A DNA stretch of 64,000 nucleotides from an uncultured Saprospiraceae bacterium (GTDB lineage: Bacteria; Bacteroidota; Bacteroidia; Chitinophagales; Saprospiraceae): assembly GCA_937929835.1 (NCBI GenBank), contig CALFUU010000035.1:10940-74939 (forward strand), written 5' to 3'. Below the pieces are notes generated by a model that made no database searches, was not told where the DNA came from, and worked only from the letters and a program-made list of their open reading frames with translations. The translations under genes and the position numbers were made by a program. Each line of letters begins with the position of its first letter. Within the stretch, counting starts at the first letter, position 1. This document shows, piece after piece, positions 1 to 9,449 of this stretch.

Positions 1-1278
1 AACTGGGAAGATTACTGGAAGTCGGAGGATAGTGCTCTTATCCATTTCATAGGAAAAGATAACATCGTGTTCCACTGTCTCATCTTCCCTTCTATCCTCA
101 AAGCCCACGAAGGCTATGTATTGCCCTATAATGTTCCTGCTAATCAGTTTATGAATCTGGAGGGGGATAAGATCTCTACTTCTAGAAACTGGGCCATCTG
201 GGTACACGAGTACCTAGAAGACATGCCGGACAAACAAGATGAATTGCGTTATGCATTGGCCAAGAATATGCCTGAGCTCAAGGATAGCGAATTCACTTGG
301 AAGGGATTTCAGGATGCCAACAATAACGAACTGGTTAATAACCTCGCCAACTTCATCAATCGAGTAGTTGTCCTGACTAATAAATATTACGACGGTGCGG
401 TACCTGACTTTGACGAAGACACGAGCTTTATCGGTCCTGAAGGCGAAGAAAGTTTGCCTGCTTTCCACGATAGTGAACTCGTCAGACTCAATGATAATCT
501 ACTCGATTATCGACAACAGATGTGCAAGTTTGACTTTAGAGGAGGGCTCAAGACTCTAATGTTGATCTCCTCTCAAGGAAATCAAATACTCCAGGCCAAT
601 GAGCCTTGGAAACTCATCAAAGAAGACGAAGAAGCTGTCAAGCCGATAATGAACTTAATGTTACAATATCTGAAGGTGCTGGCGGTAGGTATGAGACCAT
701 TTCTACCCTTCTCGGCAGATAAGATGATGACGCTACTCAATCTACCCGCTATAACTGAGGAAGGCGAGCTCAATGCCATAGGCGAATCGCTCTGCGAGGG
801 AGAGTTGATAGTGCCTGTTGCTCATAAGATCGGTACACCCTCACATCTGTTTTCGCGTATAGACGATGAGGTCATCAAGGCCCAAGTCGAGAAACTCGAA
901 GCTACTAAGGTCGCCTCCACCCCATCCGCTACTCCTGCAGCCCCACTAAAGTCAACAGTACAGTTTGATGACTTTATGAAAATGGACTTGCGTGCTGCAA
1001 CAATCATAGAAGCCAAAAAAGTCAAAAAAGCAGACAAGCTCTTAGAACTTACTCTAGATGTAGGTTTTGAAAAGAGAACAGTGGTCTCAGGTATAGCACA
1101 GCATTTCTCGCCAGAAGAGGCTCTGGGGCAACAAGTGACTTTATTGGCCAATCTTGCTCCACGAAAAATAAGAGGGGTCGAATCTCAAGGCATGATCTTG
1201 ATGGCAGAAAATGGTGATGGTAGTCTGAAGTTTATCCAACCCACTGAAGGCACTGAGAACGGTAGCTCGATTAGCTAA
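1..1278 (+). CDS. metG: methionyl-tRNA synthetase (5' end outside window)
   Basis: Frame 1 open from base 1 (NWEDYWK..HFIGKDNIVFH); KISTSRNW (KMSKS equivalent); C-terminal tRNA-binding OB domain (..GVESQGMILMA). Confidence 0.97.
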   Translation, partial: NWEDYWKSEDSALIHFIGKDNIVFHCLIFPSILKAHEGYVLPYNVPANQFMNLEGDKISTSRNWAIWVHEYLEDMPDKQDELRYALAKNMPELKDSEFTWKGFQDANNNELVNNLANFINRVVVLTNKYYDGAVPDFDEDTSFIGPEGEESLPAFHDSELVRLNDNLLDYRQQMCKFDFRGGLKTLMLISSQGNQILQANEPWKLIKEDEEAVKPIMNLMLQYLKVLAVGMRPFLPFSADKMMTLLNLPAITEEGELNAIGESLCEGELIVPVAHKIGTPSHLFSRIDDEVIKAQVEKLEATKVASTPSATPAAPLKSTVQFDDFMKMDLRAATIIEAKKVKKADKLLELTLDVGFEKRTVVSGIAQHFSPEEALGQQVTLLANLAPRKIRGVESQGMILMAENGDGSLKFIQPTEGTENGSSIS

Positions 1279-1290
1279 CGATCTAGAAGC

Positions 1291-1989
1291 CTACTTTCTT
1301 AAGAATTGGTAGCCCCCTTTCTTTGCACCCCACACTTGGACTTTATCCGTATTGAAGCCTTGCTCCCAACTCATAATACGGCCTTTCCGCACTTTCAGTA
1401 TGGTAGAAGCATAGCTGGCACCATTATCAGAATTAATACAATGATCCATTCTTGTAGATCCAGAATATGATCCGTCGGCATGTTGGATGACATACAGCGT
1501 ACAACCTTCTTCTTCATCTAGGATAGAAAGGTCAAATTGATCAAAATAAGCTGGACTCTTCCATTTACCGACAACAGTATCAGAATTAGTCAACTTGTAT
1601 CTTTTGATCTCAAAACCACCATCGTTGTCTTTGAGCAGCTCATATATCTGCTGCTTTAGGGGTGTGGATTCTTGACCCTCTATAGCTTGTTCCACATAGA
1701 GATACTTAGAAGAGCGGGAGGACCAGATAGGCACGGTATGAAGTAAGATATTCTGAAACGTCGAATCTGCCGCCATCACATTTTCAGAAATAAAGGAGCC
1801 CGTCATATCTGAGACTAAGCCTGTCAAGTTGGTTGACTTCGTAATATTGTCCAAAACCGATCCTTTGCTCTTTGTTTTGGTAACGCTTACATTGTCTCCA
1901 GATCTAGTTTTAGAACTTGTCTTACATCCAGAACCAAGCAGTAATAGACCTAAAAATAGAGAAGTAATGAGGCTGTATGGCAGTTTCAT
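1291..1989 (-). CDS. CpcT/CpeT-family bilin lyase-like lipoprotein
   Basis: YLYVEQA..P.KQQIY, GC, YSGST..C, SWEQGFN..QVWGAKKGGY.F motifs; signal peptide ending LGSGC. Confidence 0.75.
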   Translation of the reverse strand: MKLPYSLITSLFLGLLLLGSGCKTSSKTRSGDNVSVTKTKSKGSVLDNITKSTNLTGLVSDMTGSFISENVMAADSTFQNILLHTVPIWSSRSSKYLYVEQAIEGQESTPLKQQIYELLKDNDGGFEIKRYKLTNSDTVVGKWKSPAYFDQFDLSILDEEEGCTLYVIQHADGSYSGSTRMDHCINSDNGASYASTILKVRKGRIMSWEQGFNTDKVQVWGAKKGGYQFLRK

Positions 1990-2034
1990 TGATGAAATTA
2001 GAGAAGTGATTAATAAAGGCTATTGAGCAAGAAT

Positions 2035-2042
2035 CAAAGGTA
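2035..2042 (-). promoter_or_regulatory. Bacteroidota -7 promoter box for the CpcT-like gene
   Basis: TACCTTTG on minus strand, ~45 nt upstream of ATG 1989. Confidence 0.55.
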
Positions 2043-2151
2043 TTATTTCAAGTCAATCTTGAGTTATGACAGCACAATTTATTAGACGAAACTATAGACA
2101 AATAGGTTCATCAAGACACAAAGCTTGCCTTGAGTAATCCATAGTAAACGG

Positions 2152-2159
2152 TATATTTG
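2152..2159 (+). promoter_or_regulatory. Bacteroidota -7 promoter box
   Basis: TATATTTG 11 nt upstream of ATG 2171. Confidence 0.6.
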
Positions 2160-2170
2160 ACTATCTGCCT

Positions 2171-3337
2171 ATGTTACAGACACGCTTCATTTGCTTATTC
2201 TTGTTGACATTCATAGTTGTTGGTAGCCTACCTGCACAGCTATCAGATACCTCTGAAATCTCACTTTTGACGTGCAGGAGGGGGGATGATATTTATAATA
2301 TGTACGGCCATACGGCCATACGTATCACGGACCCGGCAGTCAGGATGGATCAGGTCTATAATTACGGTGTTTTTAGTTTTAGCGAGCCAGGCTTCTTGAT
2401 GAAATTTCTCAGAGGCAAGCTACTCTACAGATTAGAAAAGAGTTCTTATACACGTTTTACCAGAAATTATATTCCTAGTGATCGGTATGGTGTGGCTAAG
2501 GGAAGATCCATCATTGCTCAGACCTTAAATCTTACAACAGCAGAAAAGAATAAGATATATCAAGCTCTAGAGACCAATTGCCTACCCGCTAACAAGTCCT
2601 ATTACTACGATTTCTTCTTCGATAATTGCTCTACGAGATGTAGAGACTTGTTTAGAAATGAATTATCAGGGATATCTTATCCTTCTGGATCTGAGCACCC
2701 ACACACATTTAGAACTTTGCTCGATGTATATACAGAGGTGTGGCCTTTTACCGATTTGGGACAAGATCTCATCGTTGGGTCTGTTGCCGATCAGATTGCT
2801 GGGGTCGAGGGAGAAATGTTCTTACCCGAATTTCTACAATCCGTACTAGATCGTACCACACTGAATCACCAGCCCTTTGTCAAGGAGACCAAATTGCTGC
2901 TCGATTACGAAGACTTAGAGACAATCCGAGGAGAGAAGCCTTGGCCGTGGCCTATCATCATTTTTAGTTTCTTATTGATCCTAGAATTTTTGCGATTTAT
3001 ACAAAGGGAACGCTGGTCTGAGTACAAATGGTGGCACAGCCTAGATAGCCTATGGTATCTCATCTTAGGTATTGGCGGATTGATTATTGTGTTTATGTGG
3101 TTTGGCACGGATCACTTGGCGACTAAAGAGAACCTCAACCTCCTATGGATGAGTCCAATTTTTATGATATATGCCTTTAATAGATCGCGCTCACTTGGAT
3201 ACTTACTGGCTAGTATGATGATAGCAGCGGTACTGCTTTCCCCTATGATCCAGAGCTTGCATCCCGTAGTATTGATGATAATCGGTATTACCCTACTCAA
3301 AATCTGTCGTCATTCCTTGGTTGCTAGAAAAACCTAA
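2171..3337 (+). CDS. DUF4105 membrane protein (Lnb-like lipoprotein N-acyltransferase family)
   Basis: ISLLTC..IY..YGHTAIRI, VYNYG.F, YYYDFFFDNCSTR; signal peptide and several C-terminal TM helices. Confidence 0.8.
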   Translation: MLQTRFICLFLLTFIVVGSLPAQLSDTSEISLLTCRRGDDIYNMYGHTAIRITDPAVRMDQVYNYGVFSFSEPGFLMKFLRGKLLYRLEKSSYTRFTRNYIPSDRYGVAKGRSIIAQTLNLTTAEKNKIYQALETNCLPANKSYYYDFFFDNCSTRCRDLFRNELSGISYPSGSEHPHTFRTLLDVYTEVWPFTDLGQDLIVGSVADQIAGVEGEMFLPEFLQSVLDRTTLNHQPFVKETKLLLDYEDLETIRGEKPWPWPIIIFSFLLILEFLRFIQRERWSEYKWWHSLDSLWYLILGIGGLIIVFMWFGTDHLATKENLNLLWMSPIFMIYAFNRSRSLGYLLASMMIAAVLLSPMIQSLHPVVLMIIGITLLKICRHSLVARKT

Positions 3338-3429
3338 AAAGTCTGATTGCAACCCCAAAGGCTGACTTTTTGACAAAAAAGAAGCCCATCGACACCACAA
3401 TTGACAGTTATTTGTTGTTATGATACCAA

Positions 3430-3444
3430 TGGTATCAATATTGA
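3430..3444 (+). promoter_or_regulatory. candidate sigma54-type (-24/-12) promoter upstream of lon
   Basis: TGGTATC-AATA-TTGA has TGGCACG-N4-TTGC spacing; overlaps palindrome TGATACCA-A-TGGTATCA (3421-3437). Confidence 0.4.
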
Positions 3445-3478
3445 CATACTATAGCTGAAGTAAAGACAAAGAAGAGAT

Positions 3479-5893
3479 ATGTTTAAAAACCTGATAGTAC
3501 CTGCACACGCAGATGATATAAAAGACGCTGAGATCCTTCCTTTCTTCTCTATAGCAGAGGACGAAGAAAATGACAAGCACGCTGAGAGTTATCCCGATGA
3601 GATCCCTATCCTGGCACTAAAAAATACAGTGCTCTTTCCAGGGGTTGTCATTCCGATCACTGTTGGTCGAGCTAAGTCAGTAAAAGCTGTCAAGGAGGCG
3701 CATACCTCAAATAAACTTATCGCCGTATTCTCTCAAAAGGTAACAGAAACAAAGGACCCGTCAGCGGATGATTTGTTCCAAACGGGTACCATAGCAAGGA
3801 TTATAAAAGTGCTGACGATGCCCGATGGTAACAGCACAGCTATACTCAAAGGTGTCAAAAGGGGAAAGCTTATAGAGCTGTCTCAAGAAGAACCGTATCT
3901 GAAAGGTGTGATCGCCCAGTTTCCCGAAAACTCCTCAGAGGACGTCAAGTTCAAAGCCAGAATCAGCAGTATCAAAGACTTAGCTAAAAAGATTATAGAG
4001 TTATCTCCGCAAATCCCCAACGAGGCCAGTTTGATGCTGGCCAATATCAATAAGGATGCGCACTTGCTCAACTTTATATGTTCTAATCTCAACATCTCTA
4101 CTCCAGAAAAACAAAAGCTATTGGAAATGGAGGACGTGGTCGAAAAAGCCAAAGTTGTCCACAAAAAAATAGACGAAGAGATGCAGATGGTCGAAGTGAA
4201 GGGACAGATAGAGTCTAAGGTCAGAGGAGACATAGAAAGACAACAGAGAGATTACTTCCTCAATCAGCAGCTCAAAACCATCCAGGACGAGCTAGGTGAC
4301 AATCCCGCTAAAGAAGCCATCCTCGAGTTAGAGACAAGAGCAAAGGATATGAAGTGGCCAGAGCCCGCTGCGGCACATTTCCAAAAGCAACTGGCCAAAG
4401 CCAAGAGAATCAACCCTCAAGTCGCTGAATACTCCGTCACCATCAATTACTTAGAGCTGATGCTTGATCTCCCTTGGGAGACTTATACGGATGATAACTT
4501 TAATCTTAAGGATGTCATTAAGGTTCTAGACGATGATCATTACGGTCTAGAGGATGTCAAAGAAAGGATAATGGAGCATCTGGCAGTACTTAAGCTCAAA
4601 GGGGATATGAAGGCACCTATCCTCTTGCTGGTCGGACCTCCAGGTGTAGGAAAGACGAGCCTAGGTAAGTCCATAGCCCGAGCACTCAATAGGAAGTTTA
4701 TCAGAATGTCCCTCGGAGGTCTCCACGACGAAAGTGAGATTAGAGGCCACCGAAAAACCTATATCGGTGCCATGCCTGGAAGAATCTTGCAGTCTATAAA
4801 GAAAGCAGGCTCCTCCAATCCAGTATTCATCCTAGATGAAATCGATAAAGTGGGCAAAGACTTTAGAGGCGACCCTTCTTCTGCTTTGTTAGAAGTCCTC
4901 GACCCTGAACAGAATACCTCCTTCTATGACAACTACTTGGAGCTAGATTATGACCTTTCTAAAGTCATGTTCATTGCTACTGCCAACTCCCTTAATACTA
5001 TCCAAACGGCTCTACTCGATAGAATGGAAATCATTCAAGTAAGCGGCTATTCGGAGGAAGAAAAGGCTGAGATAGCTAAGAAGCACTTGATACCGAAGCA
5101 GATAAAAGAGCATGGGCTCAAGAACAGTGACGTCAAAATTTCTAAAGCGACACTTGCCGCGCTGATAGGTTCGTACACAAGAGAGTCAGGCGTCAGATCT
5201 CTGGATAGAGTTATCGCTGGTGTTATGAGAAATATCGCCAAGAAAAAAGCGATGGAAGAGACCTATGACAAGTCCATCAAGGAAGAGGCCCTATTCGACA
5301 TCCTAGGACCAAGCAAATACGACAGAAAAAAAATCACGAAAGTCAACAAACCTGGTGTGGCTATAGGCTTAGCGTGGACACAAGTAGGTGGCGACATCTT
5401 GTATATAGAGGTGAGCTTGAGCAAAGGAAAGGGTAAGTTATCTCTAACTGGAAACCTAGGAGATGTAATGAAAGAGTCTGCAACGACAGCACTCAGTTAT
5501 CTGAAATCCCATGGCGCTGAGCTGGGCATAGAAGCGGAGCGCTTTGAGCAAACAGACGTACATATACACGTGCCTCAAGGAGCTATACCTAAGGATGGAC
5601 CGAGTGCAGGGATAACGATGCTATCAGCCTTGACCTCTGCATTTCTCGGTAAGAAAATGAAGTCAGGCATTGCTATGACTGGAGAGATCACCTTGCGTGG
5701 ACAAGTCTTACCTGTAGGTGGGATAAAAGAAAAAATACTCGCAGCTAAGCGTGTGGGGATCAATCACATTATACTGTGCAAGGCTAATGAGAAGGACATA
5801 TTGAAGATCAATGAGGACTTTATCAAAGGTCTAGACTTTACCTATGTCGATCAGATGGAAGAGGTCCTTGCGGCTGCTCTAGGTATTAGCTAA
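3479..5893 (+). CDS. lon: ATP-dependent Lon protease
   Basis: Lon N domain, Walker A GPPGVGKTS, catalytic PKDGPSAG, GGIKEK. Confidence 0.98.
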   Translation: MFKNLIVPAHADDIKDAEILPFFSIAEDEENDKHAESYPDEIPILALKNTVLFPGVVIPITVGRAKSVKAVKEAHTSNKLIAVFSQKVTETKDPSADDLFQTGTIARIIKVLTMPDGNSTAILKGVKRGKLIELSQEEPYLKGVIAQFPENSSEDVKFKARISSIKDLAKKIIELSPQIPNEASLMLANINKDAHLLNFICSNLNISTPEKQKLLEMEDVVEKAKVVHKKIDEEMQMVEVKGQIESKVRGDIERQQRDYFLNQQLKTIQDELGDNPAKEAILELETRAKDMKWPEPAAAHFQKQLAKAKRINPQVAEYSVTINYLELMLDLPWETYTDDNFNLKDVIKVLDDDHYGLEDVKERIMEHLAVLKLKGDMKAPILLLVGPPGVGKTSLGKSIARALNRKFIRMSLGGLHDESEIRGHRKTYIGAMPGRILQSIKKAGSSNPVFILDEIDKVGKDFRGDPSSALLEVLDPEQNTSFYDNYLELDYDLSKVMFIATANSLNTIQTALLDRMEIIQVSGYSEEEKAEIAKKHLIPKQIKEHGLKNSDVKISKATLAALIGSYTRESGVRSLDRVIAGVMRNIAKKKAMEETYDKSIKEEALFDILGPSKYDRKKITKVNKPGVAIGLAWTQVGGDILYIEVSLSKGKGKLSLTGNLGDVMKESATTALSYLKSHGAELGIEAERFEQTDVHIHVPQGAIPKDGPSAGITMLSALTSAFLGKKMKSGIAMTGEITLRGQVLPVGGIKEKILAAKRVGINHIILCKANEKDILKINEDFIKGLDFTYVDQMEEVLAAALGIS

Positions 5894-5970
5894 TATCGAA
5901 GGCGGTTAAAAAGTCGTTAAAGACTCTTTTTAGCGTTGAAGATTTATCATTTTTAGTGTTAACATTAATT

Positions 5971-6627
5971 ATGAAACAGATATTACTGCTAATTCTACTA
6001 CTCTGCCTGAGCTCTGTAGCTAAAGGACAAGACCATCCTGATGAAAAGAGACAGGTGATTCAGTTTAGCGGTGTCGTCGTCACTCAAGATGAATTTGGAG
6101 AAATGATACCCTTGCCTTATACCAGCATAGGTATTAAGAATTCAGCACGCGGGACCTACTCAGAGATAGATGGGTTCTTTTCCTTGGTCGCAGAAGTCGG
6201 TGATACATTGATATTTTCCAGAATTGGGTTCAAAACCAGTGAACATACCGTCTCCGACTCCCTAGAATCAAAGTTTTACTCTTGGTATCAAGTGATGTCT
6301 AAAGATAATATCCTTCTTCCTGAGGCGGTGATCTATCCTTGGCCTGATAGAGACCATTATAAAATCGAATTTCTAGCTCTTGATGTTTCTAATGAATTAA
6401 GAGAAAGAGCGGAAGCCAACCTAGCAGCGGAAGTACTGGAAAGAATGAAGTATGAGGTAGCTTTGGATGGAGAAAATGCACACGAGATCGAGCAAGCCAA
6501 GCAGCAGTACGAATATCAATATTCAGGTCAATTTAAGCCCCAGAAAATCTTTGATGTGGTGGCTTGGTCACAGTTTATACAGGCCTGGAAAAGAGGGGAT
6601 TTTAAGCGGAAAAAGAAGAAAAAATAA
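5971..6627 (+). CDS. exported carboxypeptidase-regulatory-like domain protein
   Basis: ATG 5971 after A/T-rich leader; signal peptide; QFSGVV..PLPY.SI..GT..DGFFSL..GDTL.FS.IGFK. Confidence 0.7.
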   Translation: MKQILLLILLLCLSSVAKGQDHPDEKRQVIQFSGVVVTQDEFGEMIPLPYTSIGIKNSARGTYSEIDGFFSLVAEVGDTLIFSRIGFKTSEHTVSDSLESKFYSWYQVMSKDNILLPEAVIYPWPDRDHYKIEFLALDVSNELRERAEANLAAEVLERMKYEVALDGENAHEIEQAKQQYEYQYSGQFKPQKIFDVVAWSQFIQAWKRGDFKRKKKKK

Positions 6628-6743
6628 TTAAGCTACAAATCTGCTGCCCAGTATTATCTCAGTTTTTTTGGGAATTAACACATATCTGTGCGGCAATGTG
6701 ATTTAGGTAATGTATCTTCGGAGTAACCCCTAAATTATTAATT

Positions 6744-7106
6744 ATGCCAATTAAATGTCTTGAGTGTAAGACTGAGCTATTTGGTAGAGCTGACAAGAAA
6801 TACTGCTCTGACTATTGCCGCTCTGCTTACCACAACAAAAACAATTCTGACTCCAACAACTTTATGAGAAACATCAACAATATTCTGCGTAAAAACAGAA
6901 GAATTTTGATGCAATTTAACCCAGGAGAAAAGTCAAAAAAAGTAGCCAAAGTGGACTTGCTTGATGAAGGATTTAAGTTCAGTTATTATACCAACGAGTA
7001 TATCACCAAAGCAGGTAAAGTCTACCATTTCTGTTATGAATATGGTTATCTAGACCTTGGTGATGGGAAGTATGCTATAGTGAAAAGGAAAGAATACGTG
7101 GAATAA
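6744..7106 (+). CDS. conserved Bacteroidota zinc-ribbon protein (DUF2116-like)
   Basis: CLEC..GRADKKYCSDYCR; INNILRKNRRIL; FCYEYGY. Confidence 0.7.
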   Translation: MPIKCLECKTELFGRADKKYCSDYCRSAYHNKNNSDSNNFMRNINNILRKNRRILMQFNPGEKSKKVAKVDLLDEGFKFSYYTNEYITKAGKVYHFCYEYGYLDLGDGKYAIVKRKEYVE

Positions 7107-7125
7107 CACATCAAATAAAATTGTA

Positions 7126-7686
7126 ATGTATAAGAATCTGGTTAAGATTGCTTTAGCTACGTGCCTCTTCTGTAGTTGTCATAATGAAAATGGAGTTGTT
7201 CAAAAGGTTTCTAATCAAGATCTGAAAACCCAGACGCTAGAATTGCCCGTAAAAGCCAAAGACCATGCGCACCTTAACACCTCAGGTCTCCTATGGAAAG
7301 AGCTATCAGACTACATAAATGAGAGGCCTTCAGGCAGCAAAATGATTCTTTTAGATATCTATACACAGTGGTGTGGTTATTGTAAACTGATGGATAAGAA
7401 GACATTTTCGGACCAAGCCACGCAAAAACTCCTCAGCGATAACTTCGAATTAATCAAGTTTGATGCTGAAAGTAAGGATAGTATTGATTTCAAAGGAAAG
7501 AGATACGGCTGGAGATCAGATGGTAAAAAAGGAATACACGAATTGGCCGCAGAATTAATGGACGGCAAGCTTTCCTATCCGACACTGATATTTATGGACA
7601 AAGACCTCAAAACTATCAGAGTATCAAGAGGTTATAAGAATCCTTCTGCGCTGACACAAGAGGCAGAAATGGCGCTGAGAATTTAA
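7126..7686 (+). CDS. thioredoxin-fold lipoprotein (DUF255/SoxW-like)
   Basis: WCGYCK.MD, KFDAE, SYPT cis-Pro loop; signal peptide with lipobox-like Cys. Confidence 0.8.
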   Translation: MYKNLVKIALATCLFCSCHNENGVVQKVSNQDLKTQTLELPVKAKDHAHLNTSGLLWKELSDYINERPSGSKMILLDIYTQWCGYCKLMDKKTFSDQATQKLLSDNFELIKFDAESKDSIDFKGKRYGWRSDGKKGIHELAAELMDGKLSYPTLIFMDKDLKTIRVSRGYKNPSALTQEAEMALRI

Positions 7687-7727
7687 ATTATTTACTATAT
7701 TAGTCGAAGAACTCGAAAACACTCATT

Positions 7728-8285
7728 ATGCTTAGATTTTTGCTTATTTCAACTGCACTTTTCCTTTCATTTACATTGCTGGGACAAGATCAAGCACATC
7801 CTGTATTTGTATCCACAGCAAATCTTGAATTAATAGAAAAGGAATCTGCTGAATTTTCTCGATACACTGCTGACCTCAAAACGGCACAGTCCAAAGGAGA
7901 TAATCAAGCAATTAGAGAAGCCCAAGGACAACTGAATAAACTACTCGAAAAAGTTGTTTTCAGAAGCCAATTTGTGGATCCGCAATTAGCTATACATATG
8001 GATCTAGACCAAATCAGAAAGCTCAAGCAAGAGTGGGTTGATGGAGTCGGCTTCAAGTATTACATCAATTTAAAGAGGTTTAGAAATACGCCTGGATTAA
8101 CAGAAATTCAGATGACACCTGAGCAGTATCAAGCATATCTTACAAATATGGATGAACTGAAAGCCTTAAAAGCCTCATTTGCTTCTACTGATCAGAAAAA
8201 TGCTGAAGATAGACTAGCGTTTACGAATAGTCTTATCAAAGCCAATGAGCTAGTGAATACCAGAACTAACTTACTCTTACAATAA
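7728..8285 (+). CDS. hypothetical exported helical protein
   Basis: 185-aa ORF with signal peptide; TATATTAG box upstream. Confidence 0.6.
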   Translation: MLRFLLISTALFLSFTLLGQDQAHPVFVSTANLELIEKESAEFSRYTADLKTAQSKGDNQAIREAQGQLNKLLEKVVFRSQFVDPQLAIHMDLDQIRKLKQEWVDGVGFKYYINLKRFRNTPGLTEIQMTPEQYQAYLTNMDELKALKASFASTDQKNAEDRLAFTNSLIKANELVNTRTNLLLQ

Positions 8286-8338
8286 TTTTATAATACATAA
8301 GGTCTTGATCAACAGAGACCTACATCTGAACACTATAT

Positions 8339-8731
8339 ATGTCTTTCGAAACAGAGGGTGTACTTCACAAAGTATTTGATACAGAGAATAAGACAGATAC
8401 CTTTCAAACAAGGGAATTCGTCATTAAGCACGAGGGCAATTATCCTCAGTTTATCAAATTCCAATTGACACAAGATCGTTGTGATCTAATCAGCAACTTC
8501 AAAGAAGGTGATAATCTCAAAGTCTCTTTTGATCTAAGAGGAAGGGAGTGGAATGAAAGGTATTTTACAAATCTTAATGCTTGGCGTATAGAAGGTGCTG
8601 CTGTAGAAAAGAAAGCAGAAGTAGCTGCCTCTGGTCCACCATCGAACTTTGACCCTATAGATGCTCCGACTGTGAGCAGTGCTGATGGTGAAAAACTATC
8701 TGCCGAAGATTTTGAAGACCTACCATTTTAA
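8339..8731 (+). CDS. DUF3127 OB-fold protein with SSB-like acidic tail
   Basis: FQTREFVI..YPQ.IKFQL.QD..V.F.LRGREW..YF..L.AWRI; C-terminus EDLPF. Confidence 0.85.
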   Translation: MSFETEGVLHKVFDTENKTDTFQTREFVIKHEGNYPQFIKFQLTQDRCDLISNFKEGDNLKVSFDLRGREWNERYFTNLNAWRIEGAAVEKKAEVAASGPPSNFDPIDAPTVSSADGEKLSAEDFEDLPF

Positions 8732-8799
8732 GTAAGTCGTCCTTCGTTCATCTATTAAGATGGATCACTAATTAAGTAAGTATTTTCTTGATACAGGGC

Positions 8800-8837
8800 A
8801 AAAAAATAAGCCTCACACATCGGTATGCATGAGGCTC
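8800..8837 (-). terminator. intrinsic terminator after bcp
   Basis: minus strand AGCCTCATGCAT-ACCG-ATGTGTGAGGCT followed by TATTTTTT. Confidence 0.75.
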
Positions 8838-8857
8838 AATAATATAATTCTTTGATT

Positions 8858-9325
8858 TTATGCTTTTTGAGAGATAGCTTCTAGTAGTTGTTCGCCGTGT
8901 ATTTTGGTGACAACTTTATCTATAATATCCATAACATTGCCCTCTTCATCAACGATGACGGTGGTTCTGTAGACCCCTTCTATCTCGCGTCCCATAAATT
9001 TCTTAGGTCCCCACAGGCCAAAATCGTTTATCATTTTCTTATCAGGATCCGCGAGAAGGGAATATTGAAATTCATACTTATCTATAAATTTCTGATGTTT
9101 CTTGGGCTTATCTGGGCTGACCCCAAAAACCTCGAAGCCTGCTTTGCTGATATTTCTATAATTATCCCTGATACTACAAGCTTCTTTTGTACAGCCTGGA
9201 GAGTCATCTTTGGGATAAAAGAATAGGATATATTTCTTTCCTAGTAAACTAGCCGAAGAGACAGATTGCTCTTTTTGGTCAAGTAATTCGAAGGCGGGAA
9301 CTGGTTTGCCTATTGCAATTTTCAT
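8858..9325 (-). CDS. bcp: thiol peroxidase Bcp/PrxQ
   Basis: FYPKDDSPGCTKEAC; GVSPD; LLADPD. Confidence 0.93.
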   Translation of the reverse strand: MKIAIGKPVPAFELLDQKEQSVSSASLLGKKYILFFYPKDDSPGCTKEACSIRDNYRNISKAGFEVFGVSPDKPKKHQKFIDKYEFQYSLLADPDKKMINDFGLWGPKKFMGREIEGVYRTTVIVDEEGNVMDIIDKVVTKIHGEQLLEAISQKA

Positions 9326-9449
9326 AGCGTTGTATTGTCATATTAAAACGATTAACTGACAATATTGTTCAACTTATGACCTAAATAATTAAACAAAATG
9401 GAGGTAAATACAAACAAACAACTCATCCACTAAGGCCCTCTCAGCCCTA

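Noticed and set aside
9398..9433. 11-aa ORF MEVNTNKQLIH with good A-rich start context
   Set aside because: No clear promoter or terminator and no recognisable features; cannot be distinguished from chance.
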